DNA of 48,048 nucleotides from an uncultured Anaerolineales bacterium (GCA_964557745.1 CAZLBQ010000002.1:1-48048); one strand, 5' to 3'. Shown: positions 33,502 through 42,660, counted from the first letter of the stretch. A program made the numbers and translations. Notes: a model not told the origin generated them from the sequence alone.

Positions 33502-33807
33502 GTGGCACAGTTTTACCCTAAAGTGCTGGCTGTGGAAGTTATGTCAGACTACATCCTCCGCGTGACGTTCGCCGATGGCAGCGTCAAACGCTACGACTGC
33601 GCTCCTCTCCTGGAGCAACCGGCCTTCCGACTGCTGAGAGACAGAGCCTTCTTCCGCGCTGTTCACGCTGACCGACACGGTTATGGAGTTGTCTGGAATG
33701 ATGACCTCGACCTGGCCGAGTCGGAGTTGTGGCTGCACGGCGTCGCCGAGGAGACAGCTTTGCCCTCTCCGTCTGAAACGCCACGTCCGCAGTTCGGGAG
33801 AGCGTAA
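33502..33807 (+). CDS. DUF2442 domain protein
   Basis: V.V..DY.L.V.F.DG....YD..PLL....F..L.D...F..V........+.W.....DL....L. Confidence 0.8.
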   Translation: MAQFYPKVLAVEVMSDYILRVTFADGSVKRYDCAPLLEQPAFRLLRDRAFFRAVHADRHGYGVVWNDDLDLAESELWLHGVAEETALPSPSETPRPQFGRA

Positions 33808-33856
33808 GGTCTTATCAAGATGGCTGAGGATTCTCACACGCCGTTGACTGATTTCG

Positions 33857-34513
33857 ATGATGCCAGTCCTGTTTGAGAATGAGGACGTTGTCGTCGTCGC
33901 TAAGCCCGAGGGCGTAGCGACGATTCCGGGCGCGCCGGGCGACGACCTGTCCGTACTGGCGCGGCTGGAAGCCGAGCGGGGCGAGAAGCTATACATCGTC
34001 CACCGTCTCGACAAGGACGTGAGCGGTGTTCTCCTGTTCGCCCGCCACGCCGATGCCCACCGCTTCCTCAACACCCAGTTCGAGAGCCGCCAGGTCCACA
34101 AGACCTACCTGGCCGCCGTCCAGGGCGGCATCCGCGAGGCGGAGGGGGTCATCGACGCGGCGCTACGCGAGTTTGGTTCCGGGCGGGTGGGGGTCGATGA
34201 GGCGCGCGGTAAGCCCGCCGTGACACGCTTTGAGAAGGTCGAGCGGCTGCGCAAGGCCACCCTGCTGCACGTCTATCCCCTCACTGGGCGGCGGCACCAG
34301 ATCCGCGTCCACCTCTACAGCATCAGCCACCCGATCCTAGGCGACCGGCGCTATGGCGACAAGGCCGAGCAGAGCCGCTTCCCGCGCCTCATGCTCCACG
34401 CGCTGCGCCTCACCTTCCCGCTGCCCAGCGGCGAGACGGTTACGGTCGAAGCTCCACCACCCGACAGCTTCGAGAGCGTCATGCGCCGTCTCGCGCTACC
34501 CAACTCCCAGTAG
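33857..34513 (+). CDS. RluA-family pseudouridine synthase (short form, no S4 domain)
   Basis: VVVAKPEGV...PG and the catalytic HRLDKDVSGVLLFA and K.Y.A.V.G motifs. Confidence 0.88.
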   Translation: MMPVLFENEDVVVVAKPEGVATIPGAPGDDLSVLARLEAERGEKLYIVHRLDKDVSGVLLFARHADAHRFLNTQFESRQVHKTYLAAVQGGIREAEGVIDAALREFGSGRVGVDEARGKPAVTRFEKVERLRKATLLHVYPLTGRRHQIRVHLYSISHPILGDRRYGDKAEQSRFPRLMLHALRLTFPLPSGETVTVEAPPPDSFESVMRRLALPNSQ

Positions 34514-34518
34514 CGCCC

Positions 34519-35127
34519 ATGTCCCACTCCCCCTACGACTACGCAACGCGCCAGAGCATCCTGCCCATCAGTTGGGACGACTTCCACGCCCTCTGCAAAG
34601 GGCTGGCGCGGACGGTCGCGCCGTTTCGGCCCGACGTCATCCTGGCCGTGGCGCGGGGTGGCCTCTACCCAGGCGCGCCGCTGGCCCACCTGCTCCAGAC
34701 CGAAATCTACCCTATCCGCCTCTCGCGGCGCGTGCACGACGTCGTCCGCTATGAGACACCGCAGTGGCTGGTACGACCGCCTGACCTGGTGCGCGGGCAA
34801 CGCGTCCTGGTCGTGGACGAGATCGCCAGTACGGGCGAGACGTTGGGCATCGTGCGGCAGGAGGTGGAGCAGCTGGGAGCCGCGGCCGTGCGCACCGCCG
34901 TCCTGTACGCCCATACCTGGGGCGCTCACGTCCCCGACGTCATCGGCCTCATCTCCGACGCCCTCATTCTCAATCCCTGGGACCGCGAGGTCTACCGCGA
35001 CGGCGCATTCCACTTCCATCCAGAGTATGTCGAGGCGCTGAGCCACCAGGGCGTGCCGCCTAGCGCCGACCTGCTCATCACGACACGCGTGGCGGACATC
35101 GCGAAAGGCGGGAATGCCGATGAGTGA
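34519..35127 (+). CDS. phosphoribosyltransferase (type I PRTase fold)
   Basis: PRPP loop RVLVVDEIASTGETL. N-terminal ISW.DF..L...LA..V....PDVILAVARGGL.P. Confidence 0.8.
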   Translation: MSHSPYDYATRQSILPISWDDFHALCKGLARTVAPFRPDVILAVARGGLYPGAPLAHLLQTEIYPIRLSRRVHDVVRYETPQWLVRPPDLVRGQRVLVVDEIASTGETLGIVRQEVEQLGAAAVRTAVLYAHTWGAHVPDVIGLISDALILNPWDREVYRDGAFHFHPEYVEALSHQGVPPSADLLITTRVADIAKGGNADE

Positions 35128-35848
35128 CGTCATTTATGGGCGCCACCCCGTCCTGGAAGCGCTGCGGGCGGGGGAGAAGGTTCAGCGGCTGCTTGTCGCA
35201 AAGGGGACCCAATCGGGTGGCCCACTGGCCGACGTCCTGAAGCTGGCCCAGGAGCATGGGGTGCGGGTGGTGTGGGTCGAGCGGCGCGAGTTGGACAAGC
35301 TAGGCGGGGTCCACCAGGGCGTCGCCGCGGAGATCGCGGAGCACCGCTACGCCGACGTGGAGGACATCCTGGCGCGCGCGAAGGCCCAGGGCGAACCGGC
35401 CCTCATCCTGGCCCTGGACGCCATCCAGGACGTCAATAACCTCGGCTCGCTCATCCGCACCGCCGACGCCGTCGGGGCGCATGGCGTCATTCTGCCCGGC
35501 CACCGTGCCGCTGGCGTGACACCCGCCGTCCGCAAGGCGTCGGCAGGGGCCGTCGCGCACCTGCCCATTGCCCAGGTGACGAACCTGACGCGGACGCTGG
35601 AGGACTTGAAGCAGCAGGGGGTGTGGGTCGTCGGGCTGGACATGGCAGGCCAGCAAGCCTACGACCAGTACGACTGGTCGACCCCGACGGCCCTGGTCGT
35701 CGGCAGCGAGGGTAAGGGGCTGGGCCGCCTCGTCGCCCAGACGTGTGACGTCCTGGTACGGCTGCCCATGCGCGGCCACGTCGACTCGCTCAACGCCGCC
35801 GTCGCCGGCTCGATTGTGTTGTACCACGCCTGGCGGTCGCGGGGGTAA
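35114..35848 (+). CDS. rlmB: 23S rRNA (guanosine-2'-O)-methyltransferase RlmB (SpoU/TrmH family)
   Basis: IYG.H.V.EAL, LD.+.D..NLG...RTA.A.G..GV+, G.EG.G+ and SLNA.VA..I. Confidence 0.9.
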   Translation: MPMSDVIYGRHPVLEALRAGEKVQRLLVAKGTQSGGPLADVLKLAQEHGVRVVWVERRELDKLGGVHQGVAAEIAEHRYADVEDILARAKAQGEPALILALDAIQDVNNLGSLIRTADAVGAHGVILPGHRAAGVTPAVRKASAGAVAHLPIAQVTNLTRTLEDLKQQGVWVVGLDMAGQQAYDQYDWSTPTALVVGSEGKGLGRLVAQTCDVLVRLPMRGHVDSLNAAVAGSIVLYHAWRSRG

Positions 35849-35903
35849 GGTTTACCCAGCGCGTACATCATACCTTTGCGTCGGTGCGCGAGTCGCCCGG
35901 CGT

Positions 35904-35932
35904 TTGACTTGCCCTACCCATGCGGCTATAAT
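35904..35932 (+). promoter_or_regulatory. near-consensus sigma-70 promoter of the tRNA-tuf-S10 transcription unit
   Basis: TTGACT (35904-09), 17-nt spacer, TATAAT (35927-32), 25 nt upstream of tRNA-Thr. Confidence 0.65.
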
Positions 35933-35956
35933 TGGGTGTCGCGGGCAGTCTGTTGC

Positions 35957-36029
35957 GCCGACGTAGCTCAGTTGGCAGAGCAGCCGACTTGTAATCGGCA
36001 GGTCGTGGGTTCAAATCCCACCGTCGGCT
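35957..36029 (+). tRNA. tRNA-Thr (anticodon UGU)
   Basis: Hand-folded perfect cloverleaf: acceptor GCCGACG/CGTCGGC, D arm GCTC-AGTTGGCA-GAGC, anticodon arm GCCGA-CTTGTAA-TCGGC, T arm GTGGG-TTCAAAT-CCCAC. CCA not encoded. Confidence 0.95.
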
Positions 36030-36045
36030 CTGCCAAATCGAATAT

Positions 36046-36128
36046 GGAGGGATACCCAAGCGGCCAAAGGGGGCTGACTGTAAATCAGCTGGCAGACGCC
36101 TTCGGTGGTTCGAATCCGCCCCCGTCCA
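36046..36128 (+). tRNA. tRNA-Tyr (anticodon GUA), long variable arm
   Basis: D arm CCC-AAGCGGCCAAA-GGG, anticodon arm GCTGA-CTGTAAA-TCAGC, variable stem GGC/GCC, T arm GGTGG-TTCGAAT-CCGCC. As I fold it, the acceptor GGAGGGA/CCCGTCC has two non-Watson-Crick positions (4:69 G-G, 7:66 A-C). Confidence 0.8.
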
Positions 36129-36218
36129 CTCACTCGTAGGAACTCATGGGACACCGTGGGAACTCGCCGAGCTGTAATGAGTTCCCGGCGGTCCCTGGCA
36201 AGCCTACGAGTTTTGTAT

Positions 36219-36290
36219 GCCTGTGTAGCTCAAGCGGCAGAGCGCTCACCCCCGGTGAGAGTGGCGGTTCAAGCCCGCCCATAGGTTCCA
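36219..36290 (+). ncRNA. tRNA-like element with non-canonical 5-nt anticodon loop (tRNA-Gly-derived?), CCA encoded
   Basis: Acceptor GCCTGTG/CATAGGT (2 G-U), D arm GCTC-AAGCGGCA-GAGC, T arm GGCGG-TTCAAGC-CCGCC, discriminator T plus CCA. The anticodon arm is CTCAC-CCCCG-GTGAG and the variable region only 3 nt, so the element is 3-4 nt shorter than any standard tRNA. Confidence 0.5.
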
Positions 36291-36329
36291 GCCAACCGAT
36301 ACGAGCAATTTTCAGGAGGATTTGCCCCC

Positions 36330-37532
<1,203 letters not shown>

Positions 37533-37612
37533 CGATTGACGATGGACGACGGACGATGGACGATAGGGGAGGCTCTCATGCTCCGTCTATTGTCCCTCGT
37601 CCCTCGTCCCCG
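37533..37612. repeat. heptanucleotide-repeat hairpin, GACGA/TCGTC word
   Basis: CGATTGA CGATGGA CGACGGA CGATGGA CGATAGG, loop, TCCGTCT ATTGTCC CTCGTCC CTCGTCC. Starts on the nucleotide after the tuf TAA. Confidence 0.9.
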
Positions 37613-37626
37613 GTAAGGGGAGAAGC

Positions 37627-37935
37627 ATGGCTAGGCCGAAAGTCAGGATCCGCCTCAAGGCATACGACCATCGCGTGCTGGACCAGTCCGCGCAGAAGAT
37701 TGTCGACGAGGCCGAGCGCACCGGGGCGACCGTGGTCGGTCCCATCCCGCTGCCGACTAAAATCGAGAAGTTTACCGTGATGCGCAGCACGTTCATTGAC
37801 AAGGACTCGCGCGAGCAGTTTGAAATCCGCACCCACAAGCGCCTGGTCGATATCCTGGAGCCGACGAGCAAGACGATTGACGCGCTTACCAAGCTCAATC
37901 TGCCCGCCGGTGTGGATATCGAAATCAAGCTGTAG
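37627..37935 (+). CDS. rpsJ: 30S ribosomal protein S10
   Basis: [22 protein letters not shown]....[12 protein letters not shown]; 102 aa. Confidence 0.98.
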   Translation: MARPKVRIRLKAYDHRVLDQSAQKIVDEAERTGATVVGPIPLPTKIEKFTVMRSTFIDKDSREQFEIRTHKRLVDILEPTSKTIDALTKLNLPAGVDIEIKL

Positions 37936-38046
37936 GAGCGACGGAAGGCAACAACGGCTGACCAACAGGTCTTTCGTTCTTCGTCCTCCACCGGGCGCCC
38001 TATGTTCCCCATCCTTCCCTCGAAGGGGAACCACTAGGAGAACACC

Positions 38047-38682
38047 ATGAAGGGAATCATTGGCAAAAAGATTGGGATGACCCAGGTCTTCACCGCGAAG
38101 GGTGAGGCCGTGCCGGTGACGGTCATCGAGGCCGGACCGTGCTGGGTAACCCAGGTCAAGACGCCGAAGCGCGACGGCTATAGCGCCGTGCAACTCGGCT
38201 TCGACGAGGTGGACCCAAAGAAGGCCCAGCGCAAGCTGAGCAAGGCCGAGCGGGGCCATCTCAAGGACGTCCGCCCCCTGAAGGTACTGCGCGAGTTTCG
38301 CGTTGAGGGTGAGGCGTTCGAGGTGGGCCAGAAGCTGGACGTCGGCGTGTTCGCCGAGGGCGAGCACGTGGACATTACGGGGACGTCGAAGGGTAAGGGC
38401 TTCGCGGGCGGCATGAAGCGCCACAATTTCCGCGGCGGCCCCAAGACCCACGGCCAGTCGGACCGCCAGCGCTCGCCTGGCTCCATCGGTTCAGGCACCA
38501 CGCCCGGCCGCGTCCTCAAGGGCATGCGCATGGCGGGTCATCTGGGTGACGAACAGGTGACGGTTCAGAATCTCGAGGTTGTGCAGGTCGATCCTGAGCG
38601 GAACCTGCTCCTCGTCCGCGGCGCCGTCCCCGGCGCCAAGAACGGCCTGCTGATTATCAAGCAGGCTGTGAAGGGGAGGTAG
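38047..38682 (+). CDS. rplC: 50S ribosomal protein L3
   Basis: MKGIIGKKIGMTQVF ... GTSKGKGFAG.MKRHNF.GGP.THG. Confidence 0.98.
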   Translation: MKGIIGKKIGMTQVFTAKGEAVPVTVIEAGPCWVTQVKTPKRDGYSAVQLGFDEVDPKKAQRKLSKAERGHLKDVRPLKVLREFRVEGEAFEVGQKLDVGVFAEGEHVDITGTSKGKGFAGGMKRHNFRGGPKTHGQSDRQRSPGSIGSGTTPGRVLKGMRMAGHLGDEQVTVQNLEVVQVDPERNLLLVRGAVPGAKNGLLIIKQAVKGR

Positions 38683-38686
38683 GACA

Positions 38687-39352
38687 ATGCAGGTTCCTAT
38701 CATTAACGTGCAAGGCGCGCAGGTCGGTACGCTAGACCTGCGAGACGACATTTTCAACATCGAGCCGAACACGGCGGTGATGCACCAGGCCTTGGTGCGC
38801 CAGCTGGCGAATGCGCGCCTGGGCACGGTGAAGACCAAGACGCGCGGCGAGGTGTCGGGGTCTGGCACCAAGATGTGGCGGCAGAAGGGCACCGGCCGCG
38901 CCCGCCAGGGCCAGAAGCGCGCGCCCCACTGGCGCAAGGGTGGTATTGCGTTCGGGCCGCGCCCACGCAGCTACGAGCAGGCGATGCCCAAGAAGATGCG
39001 CCGCCTGGCGCTCAAGTCGGCGCTGTCGGCGAAGGCGCAGAGTGGCCAGATCGTCGTGTTCGAGGGCTTCAATCTCGCCCAGCCGAAGACCAAGGAGATG
39101 GTGGGCTTGCTCAAGCAGGTCTCGAATGCCCGTAGCACGCTCATCGTCCTACCCGCCGGCGACAACACCGCGGTCATGCGCTCGGCCAACAACCTCGCCA
39201 ATGTCAAGACGCTCCGCCACGACTACTTGAACATCCGCGACCTGCTGGGCTACGATGTGGTGCTGCTGCCGCTGGCGGCCATCTCTCAAATTGAGACCCA
39301 CTACTTTGGTGGCGCGGGCGCAGCCGACGCCGCGTCGGGTGACGAGGCGTAA
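38687..39352 (+). CDS. rplD: 50S ribosomal protein L4
   Basis: R.G...TKTRGEVSGSG.K.WRQKGTGRAR.G....P.WR.GG..FGP. Confidence 0.97.
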   Translation: MQVPIINVQGAQVGTLDLRDDIFNIEPNTAVMHQALVRQLANARLGTVKTKTRGEVSGSGTKMWRQKGTGRARQGQKRAPHWRKGGIAFGPRPRSYEQAMPKKMRRLALKSALSAKAQSGQIVVFEGFNLAQPKTKEMVGLLKQVSNARSTLIVLPAGDNTAVMRSANNLANVKTLRHDYLNIRDLLGYDVVLLPLAAISQIETHYFGGAGAADAASGDEA

Positions 39353-39364
39353 GGAGGTAGCTCG

Positions 39365-39649
39365 ATGCACATCTATGAAGTGTTGCGCCGTCCCATTGTG
39401 ACTGAGAAGGGGACGCGGATCGCGGAGAACGCGCAGTACGCCTTTGAGGTGTCCAAGGACGCCAATAAGGCGATGGTCAGGGAGGCCGTGGAGAAGCGCT
39501 TCGGGGTGAATGTGCTCGCGGTGAACGTGATGCGCATGCCCGGCAAGACGCGCCGCTTTGGCCGCCACGTGAGCAAGACGTCGTCGTGGAAGAAGGCGAT
39601 TGTCACCCTCGCGCCTGGTCAGACCATCGACATTTTCGAGGGAGTGTAG
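39365..39649 (+). CDS. rplW: 50S ribosomal protein L23
   Basis: +Y+VLRRPIVTEKG......N.Y.FEV...ANK..V+.AVEK.F.V.V..VN. Confidence 0.97.
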   Translation: MHIYEVLRRPIVTEKGTRIAENAQYAFEVSKDANKAMVREAVEKRFGVNVLAVNVMRMPGKTRRFGRHVSKTSSWKKAIVTLAPGQTIDIFEGV

Positions 39650-39652
39650 TCC

Positions 39653-40495
39653 ATGCCTATTAAGATTTACAAGCCTACCTCCCCGGGCCGACGCGGCATG
39701 ACGAGCCAGAACTTCGAGGACATCACCCGCAACGAGCCGGAGCGCTCGCTGGTTGAAGTCCTCAAGAAACACTCCGGCCGCAACACCCGGGGTAAGGTGA
39801 CGGTCCGCCATCGCGGTGGCGGGACGCGCCGGCTGTATCGCATTATCGACTTCAAGCGCGACAAGGTCGACGTGTCGGCCCGCGTCGAGAGTATCGAGTA
39901 CGACCCCAACCGCACGGCCCGTATCGCCCTGGTCCAATACGAGGACGGCGAGAAGCGCTACATCATCGCTCCGCTAGGCCTGAAGGTGGGAGACACCATC
40001 AGCAACGGCCCGCGCGTCGAGGCGCGGGTGGGGAACAGCCTCCCGCTGGGCAGCATCCCCGTCGGCACCCAGATCCACAACATTGAGCTGGAGCCGGGGC
40101 GCGGCGGCCAGATGGCCCGCTCGGCGGGCGCGTCGGCGCAGTTGATGGCGAAGGAAGGCAACCTGGCGACGGTGCGCCTGCCCTCGGGCGAGATGCGCCG
40201 CGTCAACATCAACTGCACGGCGACGGTTGGCCAGGTCGGCAATGTCGACTGGGGCAACGTCAAGATTGGCAAGGCCGGGCGCGTGCGCCACATGGGCCGC
40301 CGCCCGACGGTGCGTGGCTCCGCGATGACCCCGCGCGACCACCCGCACGGTGGCGGTGAGGGCAAGGCGCCGGTCGGCCTCAAGAAGGGTCCCAAGACCC
40401 CGTGGGGCAAGGTCGCCATGGGCCTCAAGACCCGCAAGCGCAAGTACACCGACCAGTTCATCATTCGCCGCCGTGTGAGCAAGCGCAAGAAGTAA
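39653..40495 (+). CDS. rplB: 50S ribosomal protein L2
   Basis: [16 protein letters not shown] ... GRNN.G..T.RHRGGG.+R.YR.IDF+R ... [15 protein letters not shown]+. Confidence 0.99.
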   Translation: MPIKIYKPTSPGRRGMTSQNFEDITRNEPERSLVEVLKKHSGRNTRGKVTVRHRGGGTRRLYRIIDFKRDKVDVSARVESIEYDPNRTARIALVQYEDGEKRYIIAPLGLKVGDTISNGPRVEARVGNSLPLGSIPVGTQIHNIELEPGRGGQMARSAGASAQLMAKEGNLATVRLPSGEMRRVNINCTATVGQVGNVDWGNVKIGKAGRVRHMGRRPTVRGSAMTPRDHPHGGGEGKAPVGLKKGPKTPWGKVAMGLKTRKRKYTDQFIIRRRVSKRKK

Positions 40496-40507
40496 GAGGA
40501 GTCTTAG

Positions 40508-40792
40508 ATGAGTCGTTCACTCAAGAAGGGGCCGTTTGTCGAGCCACGGCTGCTGCAACGGGTGGAGGAGATGAACCAGAAGGGCGAGAAGCGTGTCCTC
40601 CGCACCTGGTCGCGCGCCTCGACAGTCTTCCCCCAGTTCGTGGGCCACACCATCAGCGTCCACAACGGGCAGAAGCACATCCCGGTCTACATCACCGAGA
40701 ACATGGTCGGCCACAAGCTCGGCGAGTTCGCCCCCACTCGGACCTTCCGCGGCCACAGCGCCAAAGAGAAGGTCACGAAGGCGAAGAAATAG
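40508..40792 (+). CDS. rpsS: 30S ribosomal protein S19
   Basis: [11 protein letters not shown] ... [45 protein letters not shown]. Confidence 0.99.
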   Translation: MSRSLKKGPFVEPRLLQRVEEMNQKGEKRVLRTWSRASTVFPQFVGHTISVHNGQKHIPVYITENMVGHKLGEFAPTRTFRGHSAKEKVTKAKK

Positions 40793-40801
40793 GGAGGCGC
40801 G

Positions 40802-41152
40802 ATGGAGCAGAATGTGAAGCCCACGGCGCGGGCGCAGCACAAGTACCTGCGCCAGTCGCCCCAGAAGGTGCGCCTCGTGGTCGATATGGTGCGCGGCATG
40901 CCCGTTACGCAGGCGCTCAACGTCCTGCGCTTTAGCACCAAGCGCGCCGCCGTGCCCGTCTACAAGGCGGTCAAGTCGGCGGCGGCCAACGCCGAGGACA
41001 CGCTGGGCCTGTCGGCTGACGACCTGGTCATCAGCCGGATTTATGCTGACGAAGGGCCGACGATGAAGCGGGCGCGCTTCGGCGCGCGCGGGCGCTACAA
41101 GCCGGTCCTGAAGCGCTCCAGCCATATCACCGTCGTCGTGACGGAGAAGTAA
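40802..41152 (+). CDS. rplV: 50S ribosomal protein L22
   Basis: A.A...YLR.SPQKVRLV.D.VRG..V..AL..L+F...+AA..V.K.+.SA.ANAE. Confidence 0.97.
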   Translation: MEQNVKPTARAQHKYLRQSPQKVRLVVDMVRGMPVTQALNVLRFSTKRAAVPVYKAVKSAAANAEDTLGLSADDLVISRIYADEGPTMKRARFGARGRYKPVLKRSSHITVVVTEK

Positions 41153-41231
41153 CAGCAGTGCTGAGTGGCCAGTCCTGAGTGCTGAGGAAGATCAACACTC
41201 AGCACTCGACACTCGGTACTCAGGACTAGAC
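41153..41231. repeat. heptanucleotide-repeat hairpin, TGAGT/ACTCA word
   Basis: CAGCAGT GCTGAGT GGCCAGT CCTGAGT GCTGAGG, loop, ACTCAGC ACTCGAC ACTCGGT ACTCAGG ACTAGAC. Starts on the nucleotide after the rplV TAA. Confidence 0.9.
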
Positions 41232-41245
41232 GAAGGAGAGAGCCG

Positions 41246-41899
41246 TTGGGCCGCAAAGTTCATCCCTATGGGTTCCGTCTCGGCGTCATCAACGACTGGC
41301 GCGCGCGCTGGTACGCCGATGGCCAAGAGTATGGCGACCAACTGATTGAAGACATCAACATCCGCAAGATCATCCGCCAGGACCTGGGGCGCTCCGGCGT
41401 CGCCGACCTGGAGATCGAGCGCTATCCCAAGCAGGTGTCCATTACGATCCACACGGCTAAGCCGGGTATCATCATCGGACGTAAGGGCGCTAAGGTGAAT
41501 GACCTCAAAAAGAAGTTGGAAGCGTTGACCAACAAGAAGGTCCGCATTGAGGTCGAAGAGATCAGCCGCCCCGAACTAGTGGCGGCGCTGGTCGCCGAGA
41601 GCATCGTGCAGCAGGTCGAGAAGCGCGTCTCGCACAAGCGCGCCATGAAGCAGGCGGTACAACGCGCCATGCGCCTCGGCGCCAAGGGCGTCCGCATCGC
41701 TATGTCGGGCCGCCTGGCCGGGTCGGAAATGGCCCGCCACGAGAGCGCCCAGGAAGGTCGCATCCCGCGCCACACCCTGCGCTCCGAGATTGACTACGCC
41801 ACCGACGAGGCGCTCACGACGTACGGGCGCATCGGCGTCAAGGTGTGGATCTACAAGGGCGACAAGCTGCCCACGCTGCGCGAGACGGCCCAGGCCTAG
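41246..41899 (+). CDS. rpsC: 30S ribosomal protein S3
   Basis: TTG start with [24 protein letters not shown]+..DW.++WYA....Y; KH domain; 217 aa. Confidence 0.97.
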   Translation: MGRKVHPYGFRLGVINDWRARWYADGQEYGDQLIEDINIRKIIRQDLGRSGVADLEIERYPKQVSITIHTAKPGIIIGRKGAKVNDLKKKLEALTNKKVRIEVEEISRPELVAALVAESIVQQVEKRVSHKRAMKQAVQRAMRLGAKGVRIAMSGRLAGSEMARHESAQEGRIPRHTLRSEIDYATDEALTTYGRIGVKVWIYKGDKLPTLRETAQA

Positions 41900-41900
41900 A

Positions 41901-41974
41901 CTTGGAATTAGGAAGGAAGAATTAGGAAGTAAGAAGCCATTCATCATTCCTAATTCATCATTCTTAATTCGAAA
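41901..41974. repeat. heptanucleotide-repeat hairpin, AGGAA/TTCCT word (AT-rich)
   Basis: CTTGGAA TTAGGAA GGAAGAA TTAGGAA GTAAGAA, loop, TTCATCA TTCCTAA TTCATCA TTCTTAA TTCGAAA. Starts 2 nt after the rpsC TAG. Confidence 0.9.
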
Positions 41975-41986
41975 GAGGAGTCTGTT

Positions 41987-42430
41987 ATGTTGGTACCGAA
42001 GAGAATGAAGTATCGCAAGGCGCATCGCGGGCGCATGAGCGGCAAGGAGACGCGCGGCGTCTCGGTCGCGTTCGGCGACTACGCCCTGCAGGCCCTGGAG
42101 CCGGCGTGGATTTCGAGCCGCCAGATTGAGGCCGCCCGTCGTGCCATCACCCGCTCGGTCAAGCGCGGTGGCAAGGTCTGGATTCGCATCTTCCCCGACC
42201 ACCCCGTGACCAAGCGCGCCGCCGAGACGCGCATGGGTTCCGGCAAGGGCGCGGTGGACCACTTCGCGGCGGTCGTCAAGCCGGGCCGTATCCTGTTCGA
42301 GATGTCGGGTGTGAATGAGGAGGTGGCGCGCGAGGCGCTGCGCCTGGCCGCCCACAAGCTGCCCATCAAGACCCAGATCATCACCAAGCCCGTCATCGGC
42401 GCGGCGGCTGGGCAGGAGGCCGAGTCATGA
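41987..42430 (+). CDS. rplP: 50S ribosomal protein L16
   Basis: [17 protein letters not shown] ... [13 protein letters not shown]+SRQIEAAR.A+TR. Confidence 0.99.
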   Translation: MLVPKRMKYRKAHRGRMSGKETRGVSVAFGDYALQALEPAWISSRQIEAARRAITRSVKRGGKVWIRIFPDHPVTKRAAETRMGSGKGAVDHFAAVVKPGRILFEMSGVNEEVAREALRLAAHKLPIKTQIITKPVIGAAAGQEAES

Positions 42431-42660
42431 AGCAGCGTGAGATGTTGCAGGCCGAGAAGCTGCGTGGCATGGCCAGCGACGAGTTGGCGAACGCTCTCGA
42501 CCAGAAGTACCTGGAACTGATGAATCTGCGCTTCCAGTTCTCGACCAACCGGTTGCAGAACACGAACCGGATGAAGGAAGTGAAGCGCGAGATCGCGCGG
42601 CTCAAGACCGTGATGCGCGAGCGCCAGCTGTGGCAACAGTACGAGCAGGAGAAGTCATAA
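42427..42660 (+). CDS. rpmC: 50S ribosomal protein L29
   Basis: LR.M...EL...L.....EL.NLRFQ..T.+L.N....+.V+R+IAR+.TV. Confidence 0.95.
   Translation: MKQREMLQAEKLRGMASDELANALDQKYLELMNLRFQFSTNRLQNTNRMKEVKREIARLKTVMRERQLWQQYEQEKS

Noticed and set aside
33157-33807. DUF1330 + DUF2442 as a toxin-antitoxin or defence pair
   Set aside because: The usual partner of DUF2442 (DUF4160) is absent, and the 57-nt gap upstream is too short to hide it. DUF1330 has no known toxin or antitoxin role, and there are no other defence-type genes nearby.
37533-37612. Heptad hairpins as ordinary Rho-independent terminators
   Set aside because: None is followed by a U-tract. Several lie between ribosomal protein genes that should be co-transcribed, and the helices are interrupted every 5 bp. 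I treat them as a repeat family of unknown function instead.
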